Part shown: in pieces, positions 25,163 through 39,137 of the stretch | Numbering within the stretch: the stretch's first letter is position 1 | Layout of the letters: each line of letters opens with the position of its first letter | Assembly: GCA_000146045.2 (NCBI GenBank) | Contig: BK006943.2 | Location: forward strand, 384,001-448,000 | Length of the DNA stretch: 64,000 nt | From: TPA_inf: Saccharomyces | Lineage: Eukaryota | Direction of reading: 5' to 3' | Made by a program: the position numbers and the translations under genes | Notes under the pieces: generated by a model | Told to the model about the DNA's origin: nothing | The model's database searches: none | The model's input: the letters and a program-made list of their open reading frames with translations, nothing else

Positions 25163-25492
25163 TAGCCTCGAGGTTAAACTTCATTACTGCCGTTTAATAT
25201 TTGGTGTTTCTTCACATTTTTTTGTTTTTTTATACTATTGTAATGTATTTATATAGAATTAAAGTCCTCACTATAATTTTGTCATCCCTACAGTATGTCA
25301 TAAGCGTTAATCGGACAAACGTTCATTTTAAAATTGGCCTTTTTATATTTATATTACTCCTCATAGGATTTAATATAGAAGTATCATTCGTTAAATAATC
25401 ATTATATCATCTGTGCTTTAAATAAAAAAGTCGGCCGTCGATGTGTTTACGATTGGCCAGTATACTTACTCATTCATGGGATTAGTTTTATT

Positions 25493-27040
25493 TCAACGCT
25501 GTGGTGGGTACGATATGAAAGACGAACTCGACTTGTCATCATCTGAAATGATCTCAGAATTTTTGCTTTGAGAAAAAGAATTTGATTCTCTCATTTCTAA
25601 AATTGGGGTTAACTGCCGCGGCTTGACAGCTGAGATGATATCAGACGTCTCAGTGCTTCGTCCCTTTGGCGTCATAGGGCAGTTTATGTACTCTTCGCCA
25701 GAAAACATTCTTCCCTGGTTTGAGGGGGTCAACGACTTGGAGACTAAGGCTTTTCTACTTATTTTTGGTCTTTTCGATTGTGCTTCAGCTTCTTTTTGAT
25801 TTGCGCTTTCTTCTTGCCCTAAATTTGCTTCTCTTGGATGTTTCCTATTTGTCCTAACCCTTTTATAAACGTTTCTAGAAATTGCCAAGACTTCTTCTAG
25901 CGAAAATTCTAGTCTACCACCTTTAGATTCCTCATCTTCACAATAAATCAGTTTAAAATTACAGTCAATTTTTTCTGGTTTCTGGTCCTTTGTATTAATC
26001 ATTTGATAAACAGGGTCACTTCTACCTATAGAATCTCTAAAGATCGGTAGTTTTTCATCATATGGTCTCTTTTTTTGCGATAACATCTCATGTTGTTTAA
26101 GCTCACCCAAATTGGTATTTGCTTCTAGCAATGATATTCGAAGGTTGTTTTCTTTGTTCCTTTCTGCCTTTAAGTCAAAATTTTCCCAGCCATCTCTATA
26201 AACACCTCTATTCGGAGTTTCGAATAGTTCTACATCAGACTCTTCTCCATCTACAAATACGTTGTTTTTTGTTAAATTGACGTCACTTGATGTGCCATTT
26301 TGATTTGCAAGCTCTAGTCTATTGACAAATTCAGATCTGGTTTTCCCAAGTACTGTAGACTCTAATGAGTCCATCGATATTTCATTTCCTAGCTGAATAT
26401 TGTTCTCCCCCAGTTCTCTCAGGAGATGGTTTAACCGGTCTTCTAAAACCTTATTAGGCCTAGCCTTATTTTTGATTCCTAGCTGTAGAATTTTCACGGC
26501 ATATTGAAATTTTTCTTTCTGAATTAATAGATTCGTAAATTCTTCATAAAATGACGCTAACTCGGAACCAATTCCATTTCTTAACATATACATGAAAATG
26601 TCTCTGCTTTCCATGAATGAATTTCTGGTAAAAAGTTCTATGTACCAAAACCATATTTTAAGAAACCTAACATCATTGCGATATCTCTCCAAATCCTTTA
26701 AGTGAGATAAACATCGCTCCAAAAGGGTGAGCATTCCAGATTGTTTGGAATTACCGCCTTGTGGATAGGCGTTGTTCAGCCACTTTATGTATTCAAGATA
26801 CAAAGTAATTGGGTCGCTTAATGCAGGGAGCTCATCTATCAGTCTTTGTTCGAAGCTTGATTTAACTTGGTTTATTTCCACCAGTGGTTGATGTATCGCT
26901 TTCGAGAGTGCCGCTGCTGATCTGCCTTCCTTCAGGGGAAGAATGTTTTCTTTTTGAGTTTCGATTTCTTCAAAGTTAATAACATTTTGTGATGGTGACG
27001 ATGGCATGTAAGAGATACGTTTCTTTGCGTACGCTTTCAT
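25493..27040 (-). CDS. MAD3: Spindle checkpoint protein Mad3 (BubR1-like, 515 aa)
   Basis: [46 protein letters not shown] contains the KEN box. TPR-like Mad3/Bub1 homology region. Confidence 0.88.
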
Positions 27041-27233
27041 TCTATCAAGTTAACGTCTTTTATTGTATTTTCGCATGATTTTGTTTACTATTTTTGAACC
27101 AGTGTGCGCCTGGTGAAGGTGTGCATTTCAGGCAAGAGGGTAGTTCTCATATATAAAAAAATGGCGCTAAAGAAATTATTATATCTAATATGATTATTAC
27201 TTAATTATACAGTAAAAAAAACACGCTGTGTAT

Positions 27234-29444
<2,211 letters not shown>

Positions 29445-29506
29445 TTAGCCTGTAACTTCTTTCTGATTGCCTCAATATATAAAGATAGTATTGCTTCTTT
29501 TTCATT

Positions 29507-29524
29507 CACGTGTGCAGCCACGTG
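29507..29524. promoter_or_regulatory. Two CACGTG E-boxes (Pho4-type) 108-125 bp upstream of the VTC4 ATG
   Basis: ttcaCACGTGtgcagcCACGTGcgg, with CACGTG at 29507-29512 and 29519-29524. VTC4/PHM3 is a known PHO-regulon gene. Confidence 0.6.
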
Positions 29525-30284
29525 CGGATGAATAATAAAAATGCAACATATATGCATAGTGCGGTGTGTGAAAAAGTGAACCTACAAGTCAGTAGCTCTC
29601 CGTCAAAACGCAGACAAACCAATTTTTTGTCGGTGTTTTCCTGTGCAATTCCAGTAAGTAACATATTAATACAATTTCCTATGATGGGTTACGTGGAAAG
29701 CAGAGAGGCAATTGCGTGATTAATTCGGAATATTAGCAACGCTTCTCTTAGTATGAAAAAGCTCTTCGAAAGACTATATTTTTGAAAGCTTTAATATGTT
29801 TATAAGTTAAATATTGTCGAACTTGTTTGCGACAGCTCTTGAAGTCACGGTGCGTCTTTTTTTACTCGTCAACTGGTATAACAATGCGTATGACAATTAT
29901 TATATAACTATTACTTTATTCTTGCCATGAAGGGATTACTGTAACGCCCTCAACTAGTATACCCTTTTAAGCCTCGACAAAAATACAGAATAAACAAAAG
30001 TTAAATCTCACCGAAGTTGCTTGTGGTACTGGCTTTACAGACGTTTATAACGCAGCACTAAATTTCCAAATAATAACCTTCCTCCAATGGAAATAAAAAA
30101 AATCGAGACTAACCCAAAGTGTGCGCAATAAACTCTAAAAAATAAAGTATATTCTTGTAAATATTTCTATATGCTTAAGTTCAATAATACATGCATACTC
30201 ATTGAACATGTTATATTGTTACACAACAAAGTAATTTCTGTTTTTCGGAAGTGCCAGTCCAAATCAATTCAAAGCACTGTACAC

Positions 30285-30770
30285 TCATGCGTAGCCAGAG
30301 ATGATCTCTAGCATTTCCTCAATTGTTTTTTCGTCAAATCTTGCATCACACTCCTCCACTATGGAGTAAAGGTGGACCATATTGGCAGGAAGTTGATTGA
30401 CAATCTGCAGTTTTTCAGCCTTGAATAATTTAAAAGAATTCAGTTTAGTCATCAACTCAGCAAAGCTTTCATCGCTCATTTTGCTTATACCCGATTTTTC
30501 AGCATCTTTTGCACCACTGCTTTCTCGTTCCTCGCCTTCATCTTCCTGGTTGATAAAGTTTTTGTTTATACTGAGATAGTTAACCACATTGCGAGTAATA
30601 CCTTGCAATTCAGGATGATTGTAGGGCCTATTCTGCTTACCTTTCGAGCGACTTTTCTTCAGCGCAGCCAAACTTTTTTGGTCCCAAAGATGTTTTTTTT
30701 CTAGATCTGTTAGGAACTTCAAGACTTCATAGTCACTTAAAAATGCATTCCTTTCCTCAAGAACTTTCAT
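30285..30770 (-). CDS. RPC17: RNA polymerase III subunit C17 (161 aa)
   Basis: MKVLEERNAFLSDYEVLKFLTDLEKKHLWDQ, 161 aa. Confidence 0.88.
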   Translation of the reverse strand: MKVLEERNAFLSDYEVLKFLTDLEKKHLWDQKSLAALKKSRSKGKQNRPYNHPELQGITRNVVNYLSINKNFINQEDEGEERESSGAKDAEKSGISKMSDESFAELMTKLNSFKLFKAEKLQIVNQLPANMVHLYSIVEECDARFDEKTIEEMLEIISGYA

Positions 30771-30965
30771 AACGTTTAAAGTTTTTTGTTTAAGTGTCGA
30801 TTTTTTCAGTGGTGGGTGTTGGATTCACTCAACTTCTCTTCTACTGTGGCTGTTATTTGCTTAACTTTCATAGATCGATGGCATTGAAAAAAATAATTTT
30901 TCAGGCAATTTTCCTTTTTTTACTTGGTATAATTTTCAGGAATTGAAGGATTTTTCAACGAATTA

Positions 30966-31038
30966 GCCTTGTTGGCGCAATCGGTAGCGCGTATGACTCT
31001 TAATCATAAGGTTAGGGGTTCGAGCCCCCTACAGGGCT
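30966..31038 (+). tRNA. tK(CUU): tRNA-Lys (CUU), 73 nt
   Basis: GCCTTGTTGGCGCAATCGGTAGCGCGTATGACTCTTAATCATAAGGTTAGGGGTTCGAGCCCCCTACAGGGCT, followed by a T-run. Confidence 0.93.
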
Positions 31039-31930
31039 AATATTTTTTTCTTGCCCACTTATTCAAGGAATAAGTGCTAATTATCTTTCAACCTTGCAGC
31101 GAAGCTTTCTTTTGTATTTCATCTCATAGAAGGTGAAATATCACACTATTTTGTAAATAGAAATAGTATATGTAGTTCGTGGAGAACCAGACTGCAGACT
31201 ATCAATAAAAGGTTACATTCTGTTCAACTCATGTGACCAGAAGTTTGATTAAGCAAAATTGTTCTTCTCCTTAACATATGATATTATCTGAAGGAATCTA
31301 GAAAAGCTTGATCATTCCGCAGAATAACCTATCAAAATGATTGGGAGGACCATTTTATAATTCATGCTACATATATAACATTATACAGTAAACCCTTTTA
31401 ATGTAATGGATTGCTCATAGTTGTGTACACGAACTGTTTGCTAATAAGCTTGTTTTAGCTTCTATTGCTAAAGAAATTACTGACGAAGAGTTTATGACAA
31501 GGAAAGATGAACGAAAGTACAATTTACCGGTTAGTGTCAGCGCCAAAGGATCCACGCACTAGCAAAATAATGAAAATTGTGCCGGATATTCAAGACTAAG
31601 AGATGTACAAGTTGAAATATAAGTAACCCTCGGCATAAACTACTCTGTCGTAAGATCATTAACATGTCGATTTGCCTGTGACATTTAACGATTCACAAAT
31701 AGCGGAATTAAATGATACTTTATCTATCCTAAAACGCACGAAGCATACTTTAGAATGCATGCTCTTAGTAAGTATGCATTGCCGACTTCTCTGTAAGACT
31801 TTTATCTCGTTTCAGACCTAATCTGCAACAAGAGAAAGGGAAGAGGACGGTATTGTTACGACGTTATTGGCGGCTAGGAAAGAGAGAATCACCATGAACG
31901 ATATGGTGCAAAAAAAATAAAAAAATAAAT

Positions 31931-32036
31931 TGAAACGGACAGGAATTGAACCTGCAACCCTTCGATTGCAATCTTATTCCGTGGAATTTCCAAGATTTAA
32001 TTGGAGTCGAAAGCTCTACCATTGAGCCACCGCTTC
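31931..32036 (-). tRNA. tW(CCA): tRNA-Trp (CCA) with a 34-nt intron, 106 nt
   Basis: Reverse complement is GAAGCGGTGGCTCAATGGTAGAGCTTTCGACTCCA-[intron]-AATCGAAGGGTTGCAGGTTCAATTCCTGTCCGTTTCA. Confidence 0.9.
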
Positions 32037-32099
32037 AACTTTTGTTGAAAATTTAGGCTAACATTTTCTAATAGGTGACATTACAAAATCCAGTCTTAC

Positions 32100-32470
32100 A
32101 GTTATGCTTAATATTGACCAGTAGTCATATTACTGGCATATTATCTGTTAGAATAGTGACATACTATTCTTTATTACTGATGAATTTGTAATTGTGAAGC
32201 AATTAGACGCAAACGTCATTGATGTGTCAGGATGGAGAACGATATAGACTATGTGATAATGTAAAGTTAAATATCTGTTACTTGAACAATTAACTTGACG
32301 TTTGTATATGTAAGGATATGGGTCATTACATAGAAACTATAGTAAATAGTCTCAGTATTGTTATATTTGTCATGTTTGATATGACTAATCGGCGCATGTT
32401 TTACACCTCTTTTGTATAGTATAAGAAGATCTGCTTTTATTCTTGAACCCTACCACTATCTCGCCAAGTT
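32100..32470. mobile_element. Probable truncated or diverged Ty LTR remnant adjacent to tW(CCA)
   Basis: A stretch like cagtagtcatattactggcatattatctgttagaatagtgac resembles the 5' part of Ty1/Ty2 delta (tacattactagtatattatcatatacggtgttagaagatgac). There are no ORFs and it lies just upstream of a tRNA gene. Confidence 0.4.
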
Positions 32471-32499
32471 TTTAAAAGATCCACTGCGATCATTGAAGA

Positions 32500-33020
32500 T
32501 TCTATTTCAAATAAAAATCAACTATTACCTATCATCTAGCATTCATATTACTTGTATATTATCATATCTGTAAGAAGATGACATGAATGATGAGAAATAG
32601 TCATCAGACTTAATAAAAGCCGAAATTCAAGGTCGATAATGTAATAGGATAGGGTGTTGAATGACAATGTATAAAAGGAACGAAGACAGAGTAATACTAT
32701 TATGTAAGAAATACCGATTCCCTTGTGAGTATATAAACATAACCATTTCATTAAAATAATTTATTCAATGGTATGTATGATATTATAATAACATACTTAT
32801 ACTTGTCTCACTCTGTTCATAAACGCAACAATACAATTACTTTTGAATATTATCTTTAATAAATACACTTAGTAGTTACCAATAAATAATAAAATCCTTT
32901 ACTAATACTAATATAAGGATTTCTATGTTCTCGAGGAGAACTCGTAGTATGTTCTGTATCCCTAATATTGTAGCCCTTAACAACAATGGAATACGAACAA
33001 TTTTCTTAATATTCGGCTAT
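32500..33020 (+). mobile_element. Degenerate delta-like solo LTR (Ty1/Ty2 family) carrying an internal insertion of about 190 bp
   Basis: The 5' end aaatcaactattacctatcatctagcattcatattacttgtatattatcat...gatgagaaatagtcatc and the 3' part ctcgaggagaactcgtagtat...cctaatattgtagcccttaacaacaatggaata align by eye to the canonical delta. Confidence 0.6.
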
Positions 33021-33561
33021 TTCTGAAATATACATATTCACGGGATACTAGGAGGTCAGCATGTTACAAATTTCATGATAGTGCATCAAGAGACCCTAAA
33101 ATTAATATCCTTTATGTGCGTATTGCTTTCATGGTAGTAAATTATCACTGTTTTCATCTAGACGTGGGACGGTAACATTTTCGATAAATATCAAAAGATG
33201 GCAGTCATTGTATAGAATACCACAATTTGTGAGCATCTCTGAGGTTTTTTACAAGCTTCCGTAACTCATACAGACTTCTATCGTCCTACTCTAGTATTAT
33301 TTACCTATTCATAACCACTTTTTTATCCTTCTATTTAAATTTATAGATGCAAAGGGCGGAAAGAATTGACTGGAAAGTAAACTAAATATAAAAAATATCG
33401 CCAACTTATTCATACAATATCGTAGCAACTGACAACTTTTAAAAATCTGCAAAATTCTTTGTAGTGTTCCTTAATAATGTTTAAGCTAAGGTTTTTTATT
33501 AAGAGGAAAATATTGCATAATTCTATAATTTACATCAGTACAGTAGTAACATATTATCCAA

Positions 33562-35562
33562 TTATCTATAGTGCTTTTGCTTTTTGAAGGCGCTTCCTTC
33601 CTTCGAATTATTTCTTTCTCTTGAGTGCTTTTCTGGCTTTGGCTGTAGCGGTTTAGAATTTGGAAATATTTCAAATTCTTGCTCCTTAATTAGTTTTTTC
33701 CAATCCCACATTTTTCTAACATATAATTCCAGTTTCCAATTCTTCCACACTTGCCTGCCATAAATACTATTCTTCACCTTCTCAGTTTCTAAAACTAATG
33801 CTCTAGCAATACGCTCCTTATATAATGTTAATTTTGCCGTAAATTCCCACAATTTGTCCATTATATGAGAGCCATATACATTGCATGCCAAATTTACAGA
33901 CTCTTTAGACAGTATGTTCAATAGCATTTTTCTCTTAATTATGTCCACCCTAGTAGTTTGTAGTACGTGCTCAACAACATGCGAAAATACTCCATGGTAA
34001 CACATTTGTATCAACCTTTCCTCAGGCAGAGCCAACATGCTGTCAATGGTAATATTCAAAAACTTGTCGTCGTAGTCAATTAATTGTTCCAAGAAAACTG
34101 ATCGTCTTCTTTCTTCTGCTGTTGGCCAGTCATCTCTGGTATTGCCCAAAGTCGATGCACTCAACAACAGGCAACTTTCCAAAATATTCTTTGCATCAGA
34201 CTTTTCTGGATAATATTTTTGTATTAATTGAGCAATGACATCATCCCTTAAGTAACCACCTTGTTTATTGCTTGCGTTGATAATAGCAGTACCAAAATCC
34301 ATATTTGAGTTTAAAAGCATGCTTAATTCAGGAACTACTGCATCCAATATCTGTTTTACGTCCTTCTCCTTCAAATGTTCCAGCAATGCACGCACTACAA
34401 AGGCACCTGTAGTATCCCTTTTTGCTAGTTTCACAATACGGTCTTTCATATATAAACGATAAAGTCTTTCAACATATTTTAGCCTGGCAGAGCCAATCAC
34501 ATTTTCTAAGAAATGAGAACCGACAGGATCTGACAGTAAATATTCCAGGAATGATTCCTCCTTAGGATCCTTCTCATCTGCTGTATTGAAGACCAATCTC
34601 CAAAATGAACGGTCCCTGTCAAAAATACCTTCGACTTGAATAATGAGCTGAATTACAGGGGAAGCCACTTTATCCACACTGTACTCTCTAAATTTGGTGA
34701 TAGTAGATTGCGAAATATCAGAACGCGACTCGGCACCATTAGTAAATCCTTTGTATAAAGTAGTTATTATGTCACGAAGTTCAGATTTGAAAGATTCCGG
34801 TGTTTGGTAAACTTTATTGAAATCGTCATTATCTTTAATGTCAATCATTTTTCTTGCAATTTTTGACTTTTTGGAACGTAAAGTAGAGTTCGCTTTAGTT
34901 GAATTAGGCAATGTCTTGGAAGACAAAATTAATATTAGCAATCTCAAAACATGTGATGCATACTGATGGTTCATCATAGTTTTCAAGTGCGGTTTCAGTT
35001 CATTCAACATAAAGAGAAACATATTTTCCATAGTCACATAAGGCCCTTCTTTTTCATTGTTATCAAAACTTGGTGTTAAAAGTTCTCTTTCTACCAAGGC
35101 GGCACTTCTAACAAATAAAGTCTCTAAAACATGGGAAGCATATTTATGACATGACAACCCGAAGAAAACGCCATTGAAAGATTGGAAAATGTCTTTTAAC
35201 TGAGTCTCATCACATTCAAGAATAACTCGTTCCATCAATTTCGAAGTTATTTGGGAAGTAACCAATTTCAGTTCTTTACCTTTTGCTTCCTCAATAATGC
35301 TCGTGACGAATTGAAACTTTTCCTCAGGTGCTTCGAAGGCGTCTAATTGCAAAGTCGATTCGGCTTGCTTGAAATACTCCAGTTCTTCTCTATCTAGCAC
35401 ACCAAAAAACATTTGTGGCTGAGTCTCTTTAATTTCGGCTTCGTCATTGTAAGTAGACTCTTCTTGCTGGATGTGCTCCTTCGCAGAATTTGAACTGGGT
35501 TCAAATTCGTCCTTTCTCTGTTTGTCTTGGTGTCTTCTGCCTCTTGTTTTAGTCTTTCCCAT
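33562..35562 (-). CDS. NOP9: Pumilio-repeat pre-rRNA processing protein Nop9 (666 aa)
   Basis: [30 protein letters not shown], 666 aa. Confidence 0.88.
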   Translation of the reverse strand: MGKTKTRGRRHQDKQRKDEFEPSSNSAKEHIQQEESTYNDEAEIKETQPQMFFGVLDREELEYFKQAESTLQLDAFEAPEEKFQFVTSIIEEAKGKELKLVTSQITSKLMERVILECDETQLKDIFQSFNGVFFGLSCHKYASHVLETLFVRSAALVERELLTPSFDNNEKEGPYVTMENMFLFMLNELKPHLKTMMNHQYASHVLRLLILILSSKTLPNSTKANSTLRSKKSKIARKMIDIKDNDDFNKVYQTPESFKSELRDIITTLYKGFTNGAESRSDISQSTITKFREYSVDKVASPVIQLIIQVEGIFDRDRSFWRLVFNTADEKDPKEESFLEYLLSDPVGSHFLENVIGSARLKYVERLYRLYMKDRIVKLAKRDTTGAFVVRALLEHLKEKDVKQILDAVVPELSMLLNSNMDFGTAIINASNKQGGYLRDDVIAQLIQKYYPEKSDAKNILESCLLLSASTLGNTRDDWPTAEERRRSVFLEQLIDYDDKFLNITIDSMLALPEERLIQMCYHGVFSHVVEHVLQTTRVDIIKRKMLLNILSKESVNLACNVYGSHIMDKLWEFTAKLTLYKERIARALVLETEKVKNSIYGRQVWKNWKLELYVRKMWDWKKLIKEQEFEIFPNSKPLQPKPEKHSRERNNSKEGSAFKKQKHYR

Positions 35563-35956
35563 AATAACAATAATGTGGTTTTTCCGTGAAGGTTTCAGCG
35601 TCGTTCACAGTATACTAGTTGTAACAGATCGCAGCTCATCTAATATAATTTTCTTCATTATATTGTAGATGAGCATGAAAATTCTCGCTAACCGAAAAAA
35701 AATTGAAAAAAAAAAAAGTATTACAATCATCGAACAAATATACAGGCCAAGAGTTCGTCGGTTTTGCAGGTTGCTTCTTGGTTAATGTATACAGTACATC
35801 TGCATTATCAAAAATTCAAACATTATATATATCTTTACTACTATACAGGTACACATGATACAGCCTAGCAAGTTTGAAAACTTGATTGCAATTTATGACA
35901 TTATATTCTGCTGTTTGCAGGTATATCTACTTTGTAAGTATAAAGATGCAAACAAA

Positions 35957-37663
35957 TCAGTCTTCTTGGTCCCAGTTACCTGGCCTTGGGCCTTGAGGTG
36001 CTCTTGGACCACCCGCCTTCTTTGCCATGATAATTTGGTCAATGGAAAGCACAGTAGTTGCAGCTTCTGTAGCGACGTTAATAGCAAACTTTTTCGTTGC
36101 AAGCATGTCATAAATATTTTCCTCTCTGATGTCCTTTACACCTTCATCAGATTCGCCATCAATATCCACACCTTTATATAAATGATCTGTCTTAACTGCA
36201 CCAGGTTCAGTTACGTTATGTGCAGCGTATAAGTTTGGTAGTACCTCATTAACATCAAGACCAGCGGTCTCCGCTAGGGTACGAGGAACCACTTCAAAAG
36301 CCACGGCAAACTGTTTTATAGCTAACTGTAGCAATCCAGGTGTTCGTTCACCATACTTAGTTATCCTAGAAATCAATTCAATTTCGGTAGCACCAGCACC
36401 AGGCAACAACTTACCGCCTGATGGCTTCATTAGTCCCTTGACGGCTGCAACACCATCATCAATGGCTCTTTCAATATCATCCAAATTATTCTGTGTGGCA
36501 CCTCTTAAAATGATAGTAGATGTTCTTGAAATTTCACCTTGCTCTTGTTTGAACACAGTTACTCTATCACCACCTATCTCCATTGTCTTAACAGTTTCCA
36601 CTAAACCTAATTCTTCTGGAGTTGGCGCACCTAATCTAGGCAATGGAGTGGCCCCACAAACGCGACATAATCTTCTTAATTCGAATTTGCTTGGTACCTT
36701 CAAGACTAGTATACCGTATCTATTCAAATAATGTAACGCCAATTCACCAACACCAGCACCTGCAACAATGCATTCTACGCCCATGTCGGCAATCTCTTTC
36801 ATCATGGCATCTATTTGCTTTTCCTCGCCCTTAGAAAAATCGAGCATTTCTTGTGCATTATGTAATAAAACAGTGCCTTTCGTTTCAGTATTGGCTATGT
36901 CAAGCGGACAAGTGAAAACTGCAACTTTATGCTTTTTATCTTCGGATAATGATTTTACATGGCCTTCAGGCTCACGATTGAAAACCATACCTTTGATGAC
37001 GGTAGAATTGGAAAGCGATCCACCCATAATCTTTACTACTCTGATAGAATCAACATTAAAATAAGGAATTTCTCCAGCTTGCTGAGCAACTGGTAAAACG
37101 TGAGATACAGCTTCAGAAACAAGTTCACTCAATATGTCTTCAGATCCGTACTTTTTGGAGGAGATGACTGGTTTAATCATTTTCAAAAGTTCGTTTTTAT
37201 CATTCTTGTCAGTAATTTCACCAACAACCATTTCGTCTAGTTCTTTCAAAGTAAACTTCCTTGCCATATTATAACCTTGAATAATCTCAACGGCAGACAA
37301 GCCCATTGAAATCAGTTTTTCGGACACATTTAATAGTTCGCCAGCCAAAATCATGACTAAATTTGTACCGTCTCCCATGTCGATCTTCTGTTGTTCAGTC
37401 GCCATTACGAGGACTTTCACTGCAGGATGGACAATATCTAGTTCTCTTAGCATGGTGGCCGCGTCGTTGGTAATAATGATTTTACCGAGATGGTTAACAA
37501 TGATCTTGTTTCTACCACAGGGTCCCATAGAAGTCAAACACATTTGATGTAATTCGCGAATGGCCGCAATTGATTTAATAATTTGGCCATCGGCGTTAGA
37601 GTAACTATTGTAGCCTTGTTTAAACAATCCCGCGTTGGGATTTTGTGGCAATCTAAGTGACAT
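35957..37663 (-). CDS. CCT8: Chaperonin CCT/TRiC theta subunit (568 aa)
   Basis: MSLRLPQNPNAGLFKQGYNSYSNADGQIIKSIAAIRELHQ. TCP-1 family fold with a GDGTN motif. Confidence 0.92.
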   Translation of the reverse strand: MSLRLPQNPNAGLFKQGYNSYSNADGQIIKSIAAIRELHQMCLTSMGPCGRNKIIVNHLGKIIITNDAATMLRELDIVHPAVKVLVMATEQQKIDMGDGTNLVMILAGELLNVSEKLISMGLSAVEIIQGYNMARKFTLKELDEMVVGEITDKNDKNELLKMIKPVISSKKYGSEDILSELVSEAVSHVLPVAQQAGEIPYFNVDSIRVVKIMGGSLSNSTVIKGMVFNREPEGHVKSLSEDKKHKVAVFTCPLDIANTETKGTVLLHNAQEMLDFSKGEEKQIDAMMKEIADMGVECIVAGAGVGELALHYLNRYGILVLKVPSKFELRRLCRVCGATPLPRLGAPTPEELGLVETVKTMEIGGDRVTVFKQEQGEISRTSTIILRGATQNNLDDIERAIDDGVAAVKGLMKPSGGKLLPGAGATEIELISRITKYGERTPGLLQLAIKQFAVAFEVVPRTLAETAGLDVNEVLPNLYAAHNVTEPGAVKTDHLYKGVDIDGESDEGVKDIREENIYDMLATKKFAINVATEAATTVLSIDQIIMAKKAGGPRAPQGPRPGNWDQED

Positions 37664-38575
37664 GGTTAATTGATGATTTTATTGCCCTTGAGGTTCAAGT
37701 TGTCTTGTCGGTATCTGTAAAGTGAGAACATCATCATGCTATACTATTTTCTTCACTTTTTTTTGCCACTAGCGGAGGTGATGAACATTTTCGAATACCG
37801 TTAATAATGACAAAAACACCATTAACTTGGCTTATATAAAATAAGCTATTGAAATAGTAAATGTGCTCGCAACTCTTTAATTATCTAAATCCGGCAGCTT
37901 CTTTATTGATTAATAATACAAAATGTTCGGACAAGTGATCATTAGATATCAACATGAATTCAATTGGTAACAATTTCGATGCTTACATTTTATGCTAGTA
38001 TACACCACGCATATGTCTGTCAATGTACCTATTACAGAAGGAAATGTTCAAGAAGCAGTTCAGACAGTACCGAAGCAGAATTAAAAATCCATTATTTGAA
38101 TATGATCTGATAGTCATATATATGAGCAATACAGGTCTTCACATTAAATGTATGAGAACTGCCGGAACCACTATTACATTGGTCACAATTAGGAATGAAC
38201 CAATCGGCGTGTGTTTTATATCCCCCTTATATAAGTCTAAGAAGATCGATATTCAATCTTCATTAATAAAGCTTTTTGACCTCTACCTATGAGCAATAAA
38301 CCATATCCATCAATAGTGGTCAAGCCGTAAGAATGTTTTTACCGAGAATAGAAGTAAACTTTTCTTATTGTATATAAGAAAAGCATATAAACACGCGCCC
38401 AGAGAACATATTCAGTATGCCCTAGCTTGGAAACACATCAGTAAAATACTACGCGCCTAGTATAATGACTTCTATATCCAAAATTTTTAAGTTAACCTTT
38501 CAAGTAAAAGATCTTTGCCTTATACTACTGTCTGAACAACTCGTATAAATTAATGTATGATATGAACATTCCCAT

Positions 38576-38922
38576 TGTTACGATAGATGTCCTAATGAGG
38601 ATCAACTATAATCTATCGAATAGTATTCATATTACTAATATATTATCATGTACGATGTACCAAGATGGCATGAAGATTGAGAAAACAGTCATCAGATTTA
38701 ATAGATGCTGAAATGCCAGGACTGATAGTGTAACAGAATAATGAATGATATCATATAAATTGGGGAAACAATAATGACAATATTATGTGAAAATATCAAT
38801 TCTCTTTTGTGGATTACAAGATCCCCTGGAGAACTTCTAGTATGTCCTGTATACCCGGTGCTATATCCTTTAATAACCATGGAATCCGCAAATATTTGAT
38901 GTAAAGTTTGTTTTTCTTCCCC
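38576..38922 (+). mobile_element. Diverged delta (Ty1/Ty2) solo LTR ending about 15 bp upstream of tM(CAU)
   Basis: tgttacgatag...tattcatattactaatatattatcatgtacg...gagaaaacagtcatcagatttaatagatgctgaaatgccagg...cctggagaacttctagtatgtcctgtatacc...ccatggaatccgcaaat is about 70-75% similar to delta by eye. Position immediately 5' of a Pol III gene is typical. Confidence 0.65.
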
Positions 38923-38936
38923 AACATCCTTTGTAT

Positions 38937-39009
38937 GCTTCAGTAGCTCAGTAGGAAGAGCGTCAGTCTCATAATCTGAAGGTCGAGAGTTCGAACCTCC
39001 CCTGGAGCA
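38937..39009 (+). tRNA. tM(CAU): tRNA-Met (CAU) elongator, 73 nt; identical to the copy at 7042..7114
   Basis: GCTTCAGTAGCTCAGTAGGAAGAGCGTCAGTCTCATAATCTGAAGGTCGAGAGTTCGAACCTCCCCTGGAGCA, followed by a ttttcttttttt terminator. Confidence 0.93.
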
Positions 39010-39137
39010 CATTTTCTTTTTTTGTGAATTAAACCTCGAAGCTCAACATTCATGTTTTGAGATAAAAAAAGGTACTTATTACTTGTGTAAAAGAAAGTTT
39101 ATAATGATGATCTTATTTAAGTTTATAGTAGGACTTT

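Noticed and set aside
35563-35760. Possible PAC/RRPE motifs upstream of NOP9
   Set aside because: Only degenerate matches are present (gatgagcat, gaaaattctc). Not reported as a feature.
38698-39012. 104-aa ORF on the minus strand overlapping tM(CAU) and the delta LTR
   Set aside because: Antisense read-through of a tRNA gene and LTR. A classic spurious ORF.
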